Shown here piece after piece: positions 28,477 through 38,811 of a stretch of 64,000 nucleotides of DNA. Source of the DNA: an uncultured Candidatus Saccharibacteria bacterium (GTDB lineage: Bacteria; Patescibacteriota; Minisyncoccia; Minisyncoccales; UBA1441). Each line of letters starts with the position of its first letter. Within the stretch, counting starts at the first letter, position 1. Both the position numbers and the translations under genes were made by a program. The notes below the pieces were generated by a model that saw only the letters and a program-made list of their open reading frames with translations, did not search any database and was not told the origin of the DNA. The stretch spans positions 5,513 to 69,512 of the forward strand of contig CAZNED010000001.1 of the NCBI GenBank assembly GCA_964572275.1, written 5' to 3'.

Positions 28477-29752
28477 AATCTCTGACTTTCATCTGAGCTT
28501 GAATTTGTCTCAATGTATCCATAATGACTGAAACAATAATTAAAAGAGAAGTTCCCCCGATCATGAATTGAAAAGCTTGGATACCTGTAATGCCCTGAAT
28601 AACTGAAGGAACCAAAGCAATGAATCCTAAAAATAGGGCTCCAACAAATAAACATCTCTTTAGAATATAATTTAAATGATGGCTCGTCGGGTGGCCTGGT
28701 CGAATACCGGGGACAAAAGCTCCTGATTTTTGTAAATTTTCAGAAATTTTATCCGGCTCAAAAGTAACAGCCGTATAGAAATAAGTAAATCCAATAATAA
28801 GCAAGAAATAAACCGCGCCGTACAGCCAAGTATTGGCCATAAACCAATTAATACCCGAGGCTATACCTGCAAGGATCACATTAGATGATTCGACCCAAAA
28901 CTGCGAAAGCATCTGGGGGAAACTCATGGCGGCTAAAGCGAAAATGATAGGCAGGACTCCAGCCGGATTAACATTCAACGGTAAATATGTAGACGATCCC
29001 CCATACATCTTCATGCCCCTCACTCTTTTTGTATAAGAAACTGGAATATTCCGCTTCCCTTCATTGATTAAAACGACTAAGGCGATAATAAAAAGACTTA
29101 CAACAAGGAAGATAAGCAAAAACGGAAGCATTTCTATCGTCCAATTAGCAACTAATTGAGCAACAGACATCGGAATTCCTGCAATAATACCAGCAAAAAT
29201 CATAAGCGAGACACCATTGCCTATGCCTCTTTCCGTTATCATCTCTCCAAGCCACATCAATACGACAGCTCCCGCAGTTACAGTAATCAAAAAATTAGCT
29301 GTCATGGCTGGAGTAAAATCAGCAATAACACCTTGCCCTTTTAAAAGAGCTATCATAGCATATCCTTGAATTACAGCTAACGGAATAGTAAATAGGCGTC
29401 CATATTGATTAAATTTCCTACGCCCTTCTTCACCTTCATCGCGATAAAGTCTTTCTAGGGCTGGAAAAATCATTGTACCCAACTGAAGGATAATGACCGC
29501 CGTAATATAAGGGCCCATTCCTAACATCACAATTGAGAAATTACTTAATGCTCCCCCGGTTAAGAGATTAAAAAATCCCATAAATTCACTCTGTGTAAAA
29601 AATGTCTGTAATTTCTCTAAATCAGCCCCTGGAATCGGGATGACTGCCATAGCCCGAAAAACGGCAAAAATAAAAAAGACAAATAATATTTTCCTTCTCA
29701 GATCCTTGTTCTTCCAAACATCTGCTAGTTTTTGATACCAAGGAGTTTTCAT
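28463..29752 (-). CDS. secY: Preprotein translocase subunit SecY
   Basis: About 10 TM segments, LGMGPYITA, ITERGIGNGVSL motifs, and its position after rplO. Confidence 0.93.
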   Translation of the reverse strand: MKTPWYQKLADVWKNKDLRRKILFVFFIFAVFRAMAVIPIPGADLEKLQTFFTQSEFMGFFNLLTGGALSNFSIVMLGMGPYITAVIILQLGTMIFPALERLYRDEGEEGRRKFNQYGRLFTIPLAVIQGYAMIALLKGQGVIADFTPAMTANFLITVTAGAVVLMWLGEMITERGIGNGVSLMIFAGIIAGIPMSVAQLVANWTIEMLPFLLIFLVVSLFIIALVVLINEGKRNIPVSYTKRVRGMKMYGGSSTYLPLNVNPAGVLPIIFALAAMSFPQMLSQFWVESSNVILAGIASGINWFMANTWLYGAVYFLLIIGFTYFYTAVTFEPDKISENLQKSGAFVPGIRPGHPTSHHLNYILKRCLFVGALFLGFIALVPSVIQGITGIQAFQFMIGGTSLLIIVSVIMDTLRQIQAQMKVRDYESF

Positions 29753-30351
29753 TTCTTTTTATCCTTATTTTTTTGAGCTTCTTTCCTTCTTTTTTCAGAA
29801 GACTTTTTCTTACTCGCTTTCCGTTTATCAGCCTGTTTGCGAGCAGCCTCCTGTCTTACCTTAATCTGTTCTGGAGTTAACTGCTTCTTACCCTTTTTAC
29901 CTCTCTTAATTTTTTCCTCAGAAATTTTACCCCCAGCGGCTATTATTTTTTCTCTAGCTACTTCCGAAAATGAACATTTTTCAAAATGTAAAGATTTGCT
30001 CAATTCGCCCTTACTTAAAATTTTAACTTTAGGTAATCTTTTTTTATAACCATGTATTAAATACTTCGCTTTCAAGCTTGAAGGTGAGACAATCTCTTCC
30101 GCTTGATAATTCTTTTCCAACGTCATCAAATTAACCGACTCTGTCACTTGCGATGATGAGCTGATATAGGCGGCTCCTTTTAACTTATGATAGCGCTTAA
30201 TTAATGGTCGAATAATCGGCTCGAAGCGAGCTCCTGCTCTTGATTTCTGGCCCTTCATACCGCGGCCAGAATAAGTTCCGCGTTTTCCTCCACGACCGAT
30301 TCTTTTTTTATCTTTTAATCCTCTCTTAACTTGCAATTGATGTAATTCCAT
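29749..30351 (-). CDS. rplO: 50S ribosomal protein L15 with ~55-aa Lys-rich C-terminal extension
   Basis: RIGRGGKRGTYSGRGMKGQKSR. The tail is ..KRKASKKKSSEKRRKEAQKNKDKKK. Confidence 0.9.
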   Translation of the reverse strand: MELHQLQVKRGLKDKKRIGRGGKRGTYSGRGMKGQKSRAGARFEPIIRPLIKRYHKLKGAAYISSSSQVTESVNLMTLEKNYQAEEIVSPSSLKAKYLIHGYKKRLPKVKILSKGELSKSLHFEKCSFSEVAREKIIAAGGKISEEKIKRGKKGKKQLTPEQIKVRQEAARKQADKRKASKKKSSEKRRKEAQKNKDKKK

Positions 30352-30354
30352 GTT

Positions 30355-30873
30355 TTAAGATAATTTTTGAAATGCATTAATCGTTGCCCGAGCAATATTT
30401 AACTTATTGCTAGAACGAGAAATAACCCTAGCTGAAGCATCTGTGATTCCGACCAGTTCACATAAAATTCTTACCGCGCTCCCTGCTGTCAATCCACTTC
30501 CTTTTGCTTTGTATTTTAATAAAATTTCTGAAGCCCCTGATTTACCATTGACCGAATAAGGAATAAGGCCATCTTTCAAGGGAATAGTTATCATTGATTT
30601 TTCAGCCGATTTTGTTGCCTTCTCGATCGCTTGCTTCACACTACCACCTTTGGCAACTCCAATCCCGACACCCCCTTTGCGATCACCGATAGCAACAACT
30701 GCCTGAAAACGCATTCTCCTCCCGCCAGCAGTTACTCTTGTTACCCGATTGATCGTTAAGACATTGGAGTCAAACTTTTTCTCCACTTCAACGCGACGAA
30801 GACGTCCGCTTGACCTTCTATCCTTATTGAATGTCCCAGCTTCTTCTTTTATTTTTGGTTCTTTATTTTCCAT
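30355..30873 (-). CDS. rpsE: 30S ribosomal protein S5
   Basis: INRVTRVTAGGRRMRFQAVVAIGD, GSGLTAGSAVR. It is followed after 3 nt by rplO, so no rpmD. Confidence 0.93.
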   Translation of the reverse strand: MENKEPKIKEEAGTFNKDRRSSGRLRRVEVEKKFDSNVLTINRVTRVTAGGRRMRFQAVVAIGDRKGGVGIGVAKGGSVKQAIEKATKSAEKSMITIPLKDGLIPYSVNGKSGASEILLKYKAKGSGLTAGSAVRILCELVGITDASARVISRSSNKLNIARATINAFQKLS

Positions 30874-30877
30874 AATA

Positions 30878-31231
30878 TTAAAATTCTAATCCTTCACCAC
30901 GCGCCCCCTCTGCCACTGCCTTGATATGACCATGATATTTATACCCACCTCTATCAAAGATAACTTTGGTAATACTGGCTGCTTTAGCTTTTTGAGCTAT
31001 ATCCTTCCCGACGGCAAAGCCAATATCTTTCTTATTCTTGAGATCAAGCTTAATATCTGAAGCCGAAGCTAAAACCTTTGCCTGATCATCATCTATCAAT
31101 TGAGCATAAATATGTTTGCTTGAACGAAAGACAAAGAGCCGCGGTCGTTCCGCTGTTCCTTGTATGCGGCCACGAATACGATGATGTCTAGATTTACGGC
31201 GATTAGTTATCTTAAAAGACCAAGATATCAT
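30878..31231 (-). CDS. rplR: 50S ribosomal protein L18
   Basis: [40 protein letters not shown]. Confidence 0.93.
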   Translation of the reverse strand: MISWSFKITNRRKSRHHRIRGRIQGTAERPRLFVFRSSKHIYAQLIDDDQAKVLASASDIKLDLKNKKDIGFAVGKDIAQKAKAASITKVIFDRGGYKYHGHIKAVAEGARGEGLEF

Positions 31232-31241
31232 ATTTTTAAAT

Positions 31242-31787
31242 TTATGTTCCAGCTGCTACTTTCTTGCCTTCTTTTTGTCGAACTTCTTCTCCGGCATACC
31301 GAATGCCCTTACCTTTATATGGCTCAGGAGGCCTAATCTTTCGAATCATATGTGCTACCTGACCCACTCGATCTTTGCGCATACTCATGATGATTATTCT
31401 ATTGTTTTCCGGAACCTGAAACTCTATCCCCTCATCTGGTTGAATTTTAACCTCGTGGCTAAAGCCAACTTCTAAAATAAGATTTACTCCATCCATGCGA
31501 GCTCGATAACCCACCCCAACCAATTCAAGCTGTTTCTGGAATCCTTCTGAAACTCCTGTAATGTCATTAGCTAATAAGGAGCGAGACAGCCCCCATAAGG
31601 CATTGGCCTGACTTGTTCTTTTGGCTATGGAAGTTATAACCTGCCCGTCTTTGATTTCAGCTTTAATCTCATCTGGAAAATCCCTCTCTAAAATTCCCTT
31701 CGGTCCACGCACTTGAATATGTTGGCCGTCTATCTTCACTTCGACTCCTTCTATTATAATAATTGGTTTTCGTCCAATACGACTCAT
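31242..31787 (-). CDS. rplF: 50S ribosomal protein L6
   Basis: [27 protein letters not shown]. Confidence 0.93.
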   Translation of the reverse strand: MSRIGRKPIIIIEGVEVKIDGQHIQVRGPKGILERDFPDEIKAEIKDGQVITSIAKRTSQANALWGLSRSLLANDITGVSEGFQKQLELVGVGYRARMDGVNLILEVGFSHEVKIQPDEGIEFQVPENNRIIIMSMRKDRVGQVAHMIRKIRPPEPYKGKGIRYAGEEVRQKEGKKVAAGT

Positions 31788-31791
31788 GTTT

Positions 31792-32184
31792 TTACCAAAC
31801 TTCTCCTATTAATTCTCCGCCGACCTTTTGTTTCTTGGCATCTTTATCGCTCATCAATCCTTTCGAGGTAGAAATTATGCTCATCCCCCGACCTCGTTTA
31901 ACCGATCTGATCTCATTATTTTCAAGATAAATGCGCTGCCCCGGTTTAGATATGCGAGTTATTTCATGAATAACAGGTTGTCCATCTTTATAAATCAAGG
32001 TTAAATGAATAGATTTCTGTGCTTTATTACCCTTTTTATCAATATGACCTAAAAAACCATTATCAGCCATTAATTGGGCCAAACGCATTTTAAAGTCAGA
32101 ATACGGCACCTCTAACTCGCTCAAACCTGTGGCTTGGGCATTTCTAATTCTTGTAAATAAATCAGCAATTGGATCTGTATTCAT
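31792..32184 (-). CDS. rpsH: 30S ribosomal protein S8
   Basis: DPIADLFTRIRNA, ISKPG.RIY, GGELIGEVW. Confidence 0.93.
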   Translation of the reverse strand: MNTDPIADLFTRIRNAQATGLSELEVPYSDFKMRLAQLMADNGFLGHIDKKGNKAQKSIHLTLIYKDGQPVIHEITRISKPGQRIYLENNEIRSVKRGRGMSIISTSKGLMSDKDAKKQKVGGELIGEVW

Positions 32185-32193
32185 ATTAATATA

Positions 32194-32379
32194 TTACCAG
32201 CTACTCTTTTTTACTCCTGGAATTTTGCCTTGGTTGGCTAATTCTCTGAAACAAATACGACATAAGCCGAATTTTCTCATATAACCACGGCTCCGGCCAC
32301 AAGCAAAACAACGATTACGATGTTTCACCGCATATTTTGGCTGACGATTGCTTTTAGCTATTTGTGATTTTTTAGCCAT
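32194..32379 (-). CDS. rpsN: 30S ribosomal protein S14 type Z (zinc form, 61 aa)
   Basis: [25 protein letters not shown], ending in W. Confidence 0.93.
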   Translation of the reverse strand: MAKKSQIAKSNRQPKYAVKHRNRCFACGRSRGYMRKFGLCRICFRELANQGKIPGVKKSSW

Positions 32380-32387
32380 AACTATGT

Positions 32388-32990
32388 TTAAATCTTCTCA
32401 TCTTTATTAGAATGAAAAGGCATGCCCAACAAAGCCAATAACCTTGCACCTTCTTGGTCAGTCTTAGCCGTCGTGACTATGACAGCTTCCAGGCCAAACA
32501 ACATTCTTTCTTCTTCGCTTGAAATCTCAGGGAAAACAGTCTGTTCCGGAAAACCAATAGTTAAATTACCACGTCCGTCCATTGATTTCAAATCAATTCC
32601 TCTGAAATCTCTGGTTCTGGGGAGCGTTAATTTAATGATTCTATCGAAAAAATCATTCATTCGATTACGCCTCAGAGTCACCGTGTAACCTACCGGATCT
32701 CCTTGTCTTAAATGAAAACCCGCTACTGATTTGCGCGCTTGTCTTAAGGCTGGTTTTTGACCAGAAATCAAAACTAGATCTCTCTCGATAGATCCTCGTA
32801 TCTTTTTCAATTGATCTTCTCCTTTAACTTTTTCCGCCATTTTCCCAAATCCAGTATTAATGACTATTTTTGATAAACGAGGGACGGCTAAATCATTCTT
32901 ATACCCAAACTCTTCCTTCAGCGCAGGCCTAACCTCGTCAATATATCTATCTTTTAATTTTTTATCGGAAAGATTAATCATGTTAATCAA
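32388..32990 (-). CDS. rplE: 50S ribosomal protein L5
   Basis: [34 protein letters not shown]. Confidence 0.92.
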   Translation of the reverse strand: MINMINLSDKKLKDRYIDEVRPALKEEFGYKNDLAVPRLSKIVINTGFGKMAEKVKGEDQLKKIRGSIERDLVLISGQKPALRQARKSVAGFHLRQGDPVGYTVTLRRNRMNDFFDRIIKLTLPRTRDFRGIDLKSMDGRGNLTIGFPEQTVFPEISSEEERMLFGLEAVIVTTAKTDQEGARLLALLGMPFHSNKDEKI

Positions 32991-33294
32991 TTATCTTTTG
33001 ACATTTTCGGCAAATTCTTTTTTTATCACCGGCCCCAACACCTCGATATCCGACCCTGACCTTTTCTCCACACTGAGGACAAACTAGGGCAACGTTGGAA
33101 ACATGCAAAGGCTGAGGAGATTCAATGGTTTGCCCCTTCTCTCCCTCTCTCTTCGGACGAACTCTTTTCTTAACAATATGGACAGCTTCAACTACTATCC
33201 TGTCTTGACTCGGTAAAACTTTTAAGACTTGCCCCTTATGTCCCCGATCCCGTCCACTTATAACTACTACTGTATCTCTTTTTTTAATTTTCAT
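32983..33294 (-). CDS. rplX: 50S ribosomal protein L24 (with CxxC..CxxC ribbon in C-terminal half)
   Basis: KOW motif [25 protein letters not shown], then [12 protein letters not shown]...RICRKCQ. Confidence 0.92.
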   Translation of the reverse strand: MKIKKRDTVVVISGRDRGHKGQVLKVLPSQDRIVVEAVHIVKKRVRPKREGEKGQTIESPQPLHVSNVALVCPQCGEKVRVGYRGVGAGDKKRICRKCQKIID

Positions 33295-33659
33295 ACTACT
33301 TCTTGAGCTAAAGAATGAATACGAGTGAAGCCTTTCTCTTTCAATTCTCGGGGAATTGGGCCAAATATACGCTGCCCTCTTGGTTCTTGCCCCTTTGCTA
33401 ATACCACCGCTGCATTATCGCTGAATGAAACATATGTGCCGTCTTTTCGCCGATAAGCTTTCTTCTGCCTGACTATCACCACTTTAACCACTTCATGCAT
33501 CTTTGTTTCCTTGCGCGGTTCGGCTTTTTTAACTACGGCCACGATAATATCTCCGATTTGGGCATAACGTCGACGCGTCCCACCCAAAACCTTGATGCAT
33601 TGCACCTCTTTGGCACCACTATTATCAGCTACTGTTAATCTGGTCTGAACTTGAATCAT
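33291..33659 (-). CDS. rplN: 50S ribosomal protein L14
   Basis: The ATG at 33659 gives [27 protein letters not shown]. That ATG overlaps the rpsQ stop. Confidence 0.93.
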   Translation of the reverse strand: MIQVQTRLTVADNSGAKEVQCIKVLGGTRRRYAQIGDIIVAVVKKAEPRKETKMHEVVKVVIVRQKKAYRRKDGTYVSFSDNAAVVLAKGQEPRGQRIFGPIPRELKEKGFTRIHSLAQEVV

Positions 33660-33892
33660 GCTATTTTTCTTATGATACGCCAACGCTTTCTTAAACTTAA
33701 CGGGCGGCACTCTTCAATAACTACCTTATCTCCCATCTTGTATTGATTTTCAGGATTATCGGCTAAATATTTCTTATGAGTATGATATCTCTTGCGATAA
33801 CGAATATGCTCCCTCAGGGTCTCCACTGAGACAGCTGCAGTTTTGTTCATTTTATCAGAAACTATTATTCCTATAAGATTCTTCTTAGGCAT
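33656..33892 (-). CDS. rpsQ: 30S ribosomal protein S17
   Basis: [48 protein letters not shown]. Confidence 0.92.
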   Translation of the reverse strand: MPKKNLIGIIVSDKMNKTAAVSVETLREHIRYRKRYHTHKKYLADNPENQYKMGDKVVIEECRPLSLRKRWRIIRKIA

Positions 33893-34076
33893 GTCTTTTT
33901 TCTTTAAGAAAAGTCAAAATACGAGCAATATCTCTCTTAATTTTACAAATAGCTTTATTATCAGACAATCGACCACTTGTATTTTTAAACTTCAATTCAC
34001 GCAATTGAATGCGTTTTTCACTCAATAAAACTTGTAATTCTGACTCTTTTTTGCTTTTAATTTCCGTAACTTTCAT
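33885..34076 (-). CDS. rpmC: 50S ribosomal protein L29
   Basis: 63 aa. ELQVLLSEKRIQLRELKFK helical pattern, and its position between rplP and rpsQ. Confidence 0.9.
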   Translation of the reverse strand: MKVTEIKSKKESELQVLLSEKRIQLRELKFKNTSGRLSDNKAICKIKRDIARILTFLKEKRHA

Positions 34077-34483
34077 GATTCTTTTTTAATAAATCTAGTT
34101 TTTACAGGCAATTTATGAGCAGCCTTCAAAAGTGCTTCCTTGGCCATGGCTTCCTCTAATCCATCAAGTTCGAAAATCATGCGTCCAGGTTTCATTGGCA
34201 CGACATAATGATCAACATCTCCTTTTCCTCCGCCCATGCCGACTTCTATCCCTTTAAAGGTAACCGGTTTGTCTGGGAAAACTCTGATCCATAACTTTCC
34301 TCCCTTCTTTAAATAACGAATAATTGATCGCCTCGCTGCTTCTAATTGACGCGATGTAACCCAACAGGCACTCATTGATTTTAGTCCGTAAATACCAAAG
34401 TTCAACTCATTGCCTCGCTGAGCCACTCCTTTCGTCCTTCCTCTATGCCATTTACGATGTTTTACTTTTTTAGGAACAAGCAT
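34073..34483 (-). CDS. rplP: 50S ribosomal protein L16
   Basis: MLVPKKVKHRKWHRGR, RQLEAARRSI, RVFPDKPVT.K..EVGMGGGKG. Confidence 0.93.
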   Translation of the reverse strand: MLVPKKVKHRKWHRGRTKGVAQRGNELNFGIYGLKSMSACWVTSRQLEAARRSIIRYLKKGGKLWIRVFPDKPVTFKGIEVGMGGGKGDVDHYVVPMKPGRMIFELDGLEEAMAKEALLKAAHKLPVKTRFIKKES

Positions 34484-34485
34484 GA

Positions 34486-35151
34486 TTATTCTTCTATTTT
34501 TTCCTCAACTTTTTCTCCACGATAAATCCAAACCTTTATGCCTATCGCTCCATAGGTGCATCGTGCCTCCGATAATGCATAATCTATATCAGCCCGAATT
34601 GTCTGCCGAGGCATTTGCCCCTCTTGAAAAGTTTCCTCTCGCGCTATTTCAGCTCCATCTAATCTCCCGGAAATACGGACACGCACTCCATGTACTTCCC
34701 GACTCTCTATGACTTTACGCACAGCTTGAGTAACCGCCCGACGAAAACGTACTCTTTTCTCTAATTCTTGAGCAATCCACTGTCCGGTCAGAGCTGCCGA
34801 GGCCCAAGGGTTCTTTATTTCTTCAATTTGAATTTGAATCTTAACGTGTTCATCCGTAAATTTCTTCATAGTTTTCAAGATCTTCATCTTCAATTCTTCC
34901 ACTTTTTCTCCGCCACGACCAATAACTAACCCTGGACGAGCAGTACAAATGGTGATCTTTATTTCTTCTCTACCCGAACGATCTATTTTGATGCTATCAA
35001 CGCCGGCATGAACCAATTCTTTTTCCAAAAGCTTTCTCAAGAAAAATTCTTCTTTTAAAAACTTAGCATGATTTTTTTCATAAAAACCTCGACTTTCCCA
35101 GTCTTTCATCCAGCGTATTCTAAATGCTTTAGGGTGTACCTTATGTGACAT
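34486..35151 (-). CDS. rpsC: 30S ribosomal protein S3
   Basis: MSHKVHPKAFR, KH domain (RPGLVIGRGGEKVE), GRLDGAEIAR. Confidence 0.93.
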   Translation of the reverse strand: MSHKVHPKAFRIRWMKDWESRGFYEKNHAKFLKEEFFLRKLLEKELVHAGVDSIKIDRSGREEIKITICTARPGLVIGRGGEKVEELKMKILKTMKKFTDEHVKIQIQIEEIKNPWASAALTGQWIAQELEKRVRFRRAVTQAVRKVIESREVHGVRVRISGRLDGAEIAREETFQEGQMPRQTIRADIDYALSEARCTYGAIGIKVWIYRGEKVEEKIEE

Positions 35152-35152
35152 G

Positions 35153-35614
35153 TTATTTGATTTTTCTAGCTTGAACTTTTTTAGAAATTTTTACGGCCTT
35201 TTTCTCCACCTTTTTCTTACTTGCTTTCTTATTTGTCTTTTTAGAAAATTCAACAGCATTACTCTCTTCTGTCTTTTTAACAACAAGCACTAAATTAATA
35301 TGTGATGTTTTTTTATGGATAGGAGCAATTCTCCCTCTTGATTCAGGTCGAGATCTTTTAAGGATTGGACCTTCATCAACTGTAATGCTTTTTATCTGCA
35401 AATTATCGATATCTAACTTAAAGTTATGGCGCGCGTTAGCAACAGCCGACTCAAGCAATTTCTGCATTGGCTCGGCGGCAGCTTTGATTGTAAATTTTAA
35501 AATATGGCGCGCTTCTTCAACTGATTTCCCACGAATTAAATCCGCGACCAGTCTAACTTTTCTAGGCGCTATTCGCAAACGACTTAATTTAGCTGTAACT
35601 AATGTCTCGCTCAT
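35153..35614 (-). CDS. rplV: 50S ribosomal protein L22 with Lys-rich C-terminal extension
   Basis: [37 protein letters not shown], then a ~40-aa K-rich tail. Confidence 0.92.
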   Translation of the reverse strand: MSETLVTAKLSRLRIAPRKVRLVADLIRGKSVEEARHILKFTIKAAAEPMQKLLESAVANARHNFKLDIDNLQIKSITVDEGPILKRSRPESRGRIAPIHKKTSHINLVLVVKKTEESNAVEFSKKTNKKASKKKVEKKAVKISKKVQARKIK

Positions 35615-35907
35615 ACTGTTTTATTTTTATCACTCTCAATTTCTCTCTGAATACGGCCTCCATGTCGAACAAATTTAGTTGTAGGTGAAAATTCACCTAA
35701 TTTATGACCAACCATCGCTTCGCGAACAATTACTGGAATAAAGCTCTTGCCATTGTGAACTTCAAAAGTATAACCGATCATATCCGGGGTAATTGTAGAA
35801 TGACGCGACCAAGTTTTAATCTTCTCTTTCTCTTTATTTATTACTCGACCCATTTTTTTTAACACAGTCGGATCGACGTAAGGACCTTTTTTTAAACTAC
35901 GTGGCAT
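35611..35907 (-). CDS. rpsS: 30S ribosomal protein S19
   Basis: [45 protein letters not shown]. Confidence 0.93.
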   Translation of the reverse strand: MPRSLKKGPYVDPTVLKKMGRVINKEKEKIKTWSRHSTITPDMIGYTFEVHNGKSFIPVIVREAMVGHKLGEFSPTTKFVRHGGRIQREIESDKNKTV

Positions 35908-35908
35908 A

Positions 35909-36739
35909 TTATCTCTTTGTCTTGCGACGTTTCAAGATTAATTTATTAGAAGTTTTTTTACTTACTCTTGTTCTAACTCCATAAGCTGGACGACCCCATT
36001 TCGTTTTAGGATGTTTCAACCCAATTCCCGTTCGCCCTTCTCCACCACCATGAGGATGATCCACGACTGCCATAGCCGTTCCTCTCACTATGGGCCGACG
36101 CCCCATATGACGCACCGTTCCTGCCTTTCCTAAATTCTCGAAACGATGTTGTGGATTTGAAACCTGACCAATAGTTGCTGAACATTCCTCTCTTACTTTG
36201 CGAATTTCTGTCGAGGGAAGTTTTATGTGAACATAACCTCCTTCCCTGGCTAAAACTTGAGCTGATGTACCGGCTGATCTGACTAATGTCCCGCCTTCTC
36301 CTATCTTTAATTCTATATTATAAACAGATGAACCTACAGGGATGCGGCTCAATGGCATGCGAGATCCTACCTTAAGTTCGGCTTTGTCGCTGGACATAAT
36401 CTGATCGCCTATCTTAAGTTGCTGTGGAGCCAATATATAAGCTACTTCTCCGTCTTGATATTTTATCAATGCAATATGGGCACTGCGATTAGGATCGTAT
36501 TCGAAAGCAACAATCTGTGCAGATATACCCACTTTGTGCTGGCGGAAATCAATCAATCGATATTTACGTTTAGCCCCGCCTCCACGATGTCGTATTCTGA
36601 TCTTCCCACTACTACGTCCCGCATTCTTTTTAAGTGGCTTAAGAAGCTTTCTGAGAGTGGGCTTTGTAAGCTCCCTTCTGTCAACTCGTTTCATGTTTCT
36701 GCGTCCGGGACTAGTTGGTTTGTAAATTTTCATTTCCAT
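35909..36739 (-). CDS. rplB: 50S ribosomal protein L2
   Basis: [27 protein letters not shown]. The start is ambiguous (ATG at 36739 or 36733); the ORF-track start overlaps rplW. Confidence 0.92.
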   Translation of the reverse strand: MEMKIYKPTSPGRRNMKRVDRRELTKPTLRKLLKPLKKNAGRSSGKIRIRHRGGGAKRKYRLIDFRQHKVGISAQIVAFEYDPNRSAHIALIKYQDGEVAYILAPQQLKIGDQIMSSDKAELKVGSRMPLSRIPVGSSVYNIELKIGEGGTLVRSAGTSAQVLAREGGYVHIKLPSTEIRKVREECSATIGQVSNPQHRFENLGKAGTVRHMGRRPIVRGTAMAVVDHPHGGGEGRTGIGLKHPKTKWGRPAYGVRTRVSKKTSNKLILKRRKTKR

Positions 36740-36758
36740 AGGTTCTATCCTAACTGGT

Positions 36759-37202
36759 TTATACGGCAATTTCAATCTTATCGCCGGTCTTTAAAGCAAT
36801 TATTGCTTTTTTATAACCACTACGATAACCCGGCCTTCCATGCCAAGATTTCGGATAAACCGGCTGATTAATAATATTTACCGATTCTACTTTTACTTTA
36901 TAAAGTGCTTCTATCGCCTTCTTAACCTCTGACCTATTAGCTCGCGGAGCAACTCGAAATACATACTGATTTTGCCCATTCAAAAAAGTGCCTTTCTCTG
37001 AAATATGAGGATTCTCTAAAACCAATGAAGCTAATTCGTTTTTCCTAATACTGGATGATTTTAAATGTGGATTTATGGATGTTCCTTTCTCTGCCGATTT
37101 CTCAATATCCTTATTTCCCAATCTCGGCTCCGATGATTGTGTTTTAACATCAGATTTTTTAGGATCCTGATCTTCTTTTTTAAAATAATTTAATACACTC
37201 AT
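36759..37202 (-). CDS. rplW: 50S ribosomal protein L23 with ~55-aa N-terminal extension
   Basis: The core YVFRVAPRANRSEVKKAIEALYKVKVESVN is preceded by a low-complexity polar extension. Confidence 0.88.
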   Translation of the reverse strand: MSVLNYFKKEDQDPKKSDVKTQSSEPRLGNKDIEKSAEKGTSINPHLKSSSIRKNELASLVLENPHISEKGTFLNGQNQYVFRVAPRANRSEVKKAIEALYKVKVESVNIINQPVYPKSWHGRPGYRSGYKKAIIALKTGDKIEIAV

Positions 37203-37828
37203 GATTTAGAAAATTTTGCTTTCAATTCTGACAATGCTCCTTCTGTTATCAATAAATATCGACATTTCAGAACATTTAAGGCTGTCAATTGGTCCATTTT
37301 TGCAACTATTAACCTTGATATGTTCCGAGCCGCCATTTTTGTCACATCATCTTTCATATCAATCACCAGTAAAACTGTACCGTCTAAAGAAATCTTATCT
37401 ATAATCGTAGCTACTTTTTTGGTCTTAGGATGATCCAGTTTAAAATTTTCTATGATGATAATCTGCCCATCTTTTGCTTTCCCAGCCAATGTTCCTTCCA
37501 GGGCTCGTCGGGCCATCCGACGATTGAGTTTTTGATTAAAATTACGTTCTCTGGTTGGACCAAAAGTTACACCTCCGCCAACCCAGAGCGGAGAACGGAT
37601 AGATCCATGCCGAGCGCGGCCTGTACCTTTTTGACGCCAAGGTTTTCTTCCGCCACCGCTGACCTCGGATCTATCTTTAGTTGAAGCACGAGCTAAACGT
37701 TGATTGGCTTGTTGAGCTACAACTGCCTGATGTATCAATTCCGGTTTCGCCTCTAAACCAAAAACATCTTTCGGTAAAACAACTTCTTTCGCCTTTTCTC
37801 CATTTTGATTATAAAAAGGTGCTTTCAT
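37199..37828 (-). CDS. rplD: 50S ribosomal protein L4
   Basis: SGGGRKPWRQKGTGRARHGSIRSPLWVGGG. Confidence 0.93.
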   Translation of the reverse strand: MKAPFYNQNGEKAKEVVLPKDVFGLEAKPELIHQAVVAQQANQRLARASTKDRSEVSGGGRKPWRQKGTGRARHGSIRSPLWVGGGVTFGPTRERNFNQKLNRRMARRALEGTLAGKAKDGQIIIIENFKLDHPKTKKVATIIDKISLDGTVLLVIDMKDDVTKMAARNISRLIVAKMDQLTALNVLKCRYLLITEGALSELKAKFSKS

Positions 37829-38388
37829 GATTCTCTGATTACCAATAATGAATGTTTGGGTCCAGGGATTGCTCCTTTCAATATTAATAAATTATTCGCT
37901 GGATCAATTTCTATCACTGATAAATTTTTGACCGTCACTTGATCATATCCCATACGACCAGGCATATGCCGCCCTTTGATCACTCTTTGCGGAAAACGAG
38001 ATCCCGTTGATCCTAATGTCCTTACCTGTCCTTTACCGCCATGGCTGCTATTCCTTCCAGAGAAACCCCAACGCTTGACTACTCCTTGGAACCCCTTTCC
38101 TTTAGATCGTCCAGAAACCTGGACCATCTCACCGGGATTAAAAGAGCTTGCTAATATTTCATCTCCCACCTTCATCCCTTCAATATTTTGCAACTTAAAT
38201 TCTTTTAAAACGCGAAACTTATCTTTTCTCTTCTGAAAACCAACTTGGACTGCCATATAACCATCTTTACCCTCGGTTTTAAGTTGCGTAATATAGCATG
38301 GGCCCGCTTCAACCAAAGTCACGGGGATAAGTTGATTATCCTTGAATACCTGACTCATGCCTACTTTTTTACCTAAGATAAATTTCAT
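37825..38388 (-). CDS. rplC: 50S ribosomal protein L3 (short, 187 aa)
   Basis: GKKVGMSQVF, GKGFQGVVKRWGF, IKGRHMPGRMG. Confidence 0.92.
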   Translation of the reverse strand: MKFILGKKVGMSQVFKDNQLIPVTLVEAGPCYITQLKTEGKDGYMAVQVGFQKRKDKFRVLKEFKLQNIEGMKVGDEILASSFNPGEMVQVSGRSKGKGFQGVVKRWGFSGRNSSHGGKGQVRTLGSTGSRFPQRVIKGRHMPGRMGYDQVTVKNLSVIEIDPANNLLILKGAIPGPKHSLLVIRES

Positions 38389-38400
38389 AATCTTAATCGA

Positions 38401-38421
38401 AAACCGGGCTTAGCCCGGCTT
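38401..38421 (-). terminator. Hairpin plus U-tract between rpsJ and rplC (terminator/attenuator-like)
   Basis: Minus strand reads AAAGCCGGGC-TAA-GCCCGGTTTTCG, ending 13 nt before the rplC ATG. Confidence 0.5.
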
Positions 38422-38473
38422 TCATAGAGAGACCTTAGTCTAATTGACTTTTGGTCACTCGCCCGAACAATGC

Positions 38474-38806
38474 CTAGCTAGCTTCAATCTTAATGTCCAC
38501 ACCAGCCGGAAGATTTAAATCTCTCAATGCCTCCACAATATCAGCACTTGGCTCGAGTATATCAATCAAGCGTTTATGAACTCTTGTTTCAAATTGTTCG
38601 TGCGAATCTGCGTGCACGAACACTGAACGATGGACTGAATATTTATGGATTCGGGTCGGCAAAGGAACCGGACCAACAATGTCAACGCCATAACGTTGAG
38701 CGATTTTAACAATCTGGCGTGTACTACTATCAAGTATCCTGTGATCATATCCTCTCAACTTGATTCTGATTCTTCTTTTAAAAGTGCTTGGTTCCTTGGC
38801 CATCAA
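38474..38806 (-). CDS. rpsJ: 30S ribosomal protein S10
   Basis: [28 protein letters not shown]. Confidence 0.93.
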   Translation of the reverse strand: MMAKEPSTFKRRIRIKLRGYDHRILDSSTRQIVKIAQRYGVDIVGPVPLPTRIHKYSVHRSVFVHADSHEQFETRVHKRLIDILEPSADIVEALRDLNLPAGVDIKIEAS

Positions 38807-38811
38807 CTGAA

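Noticed and set aside
36419-36871. 150-aa plus-strand ORF (and 36534..36725) across rplB/rplW.
   Set aside because: It is antisense to two unambiguous ribosomal protein genes and has no homology signal.
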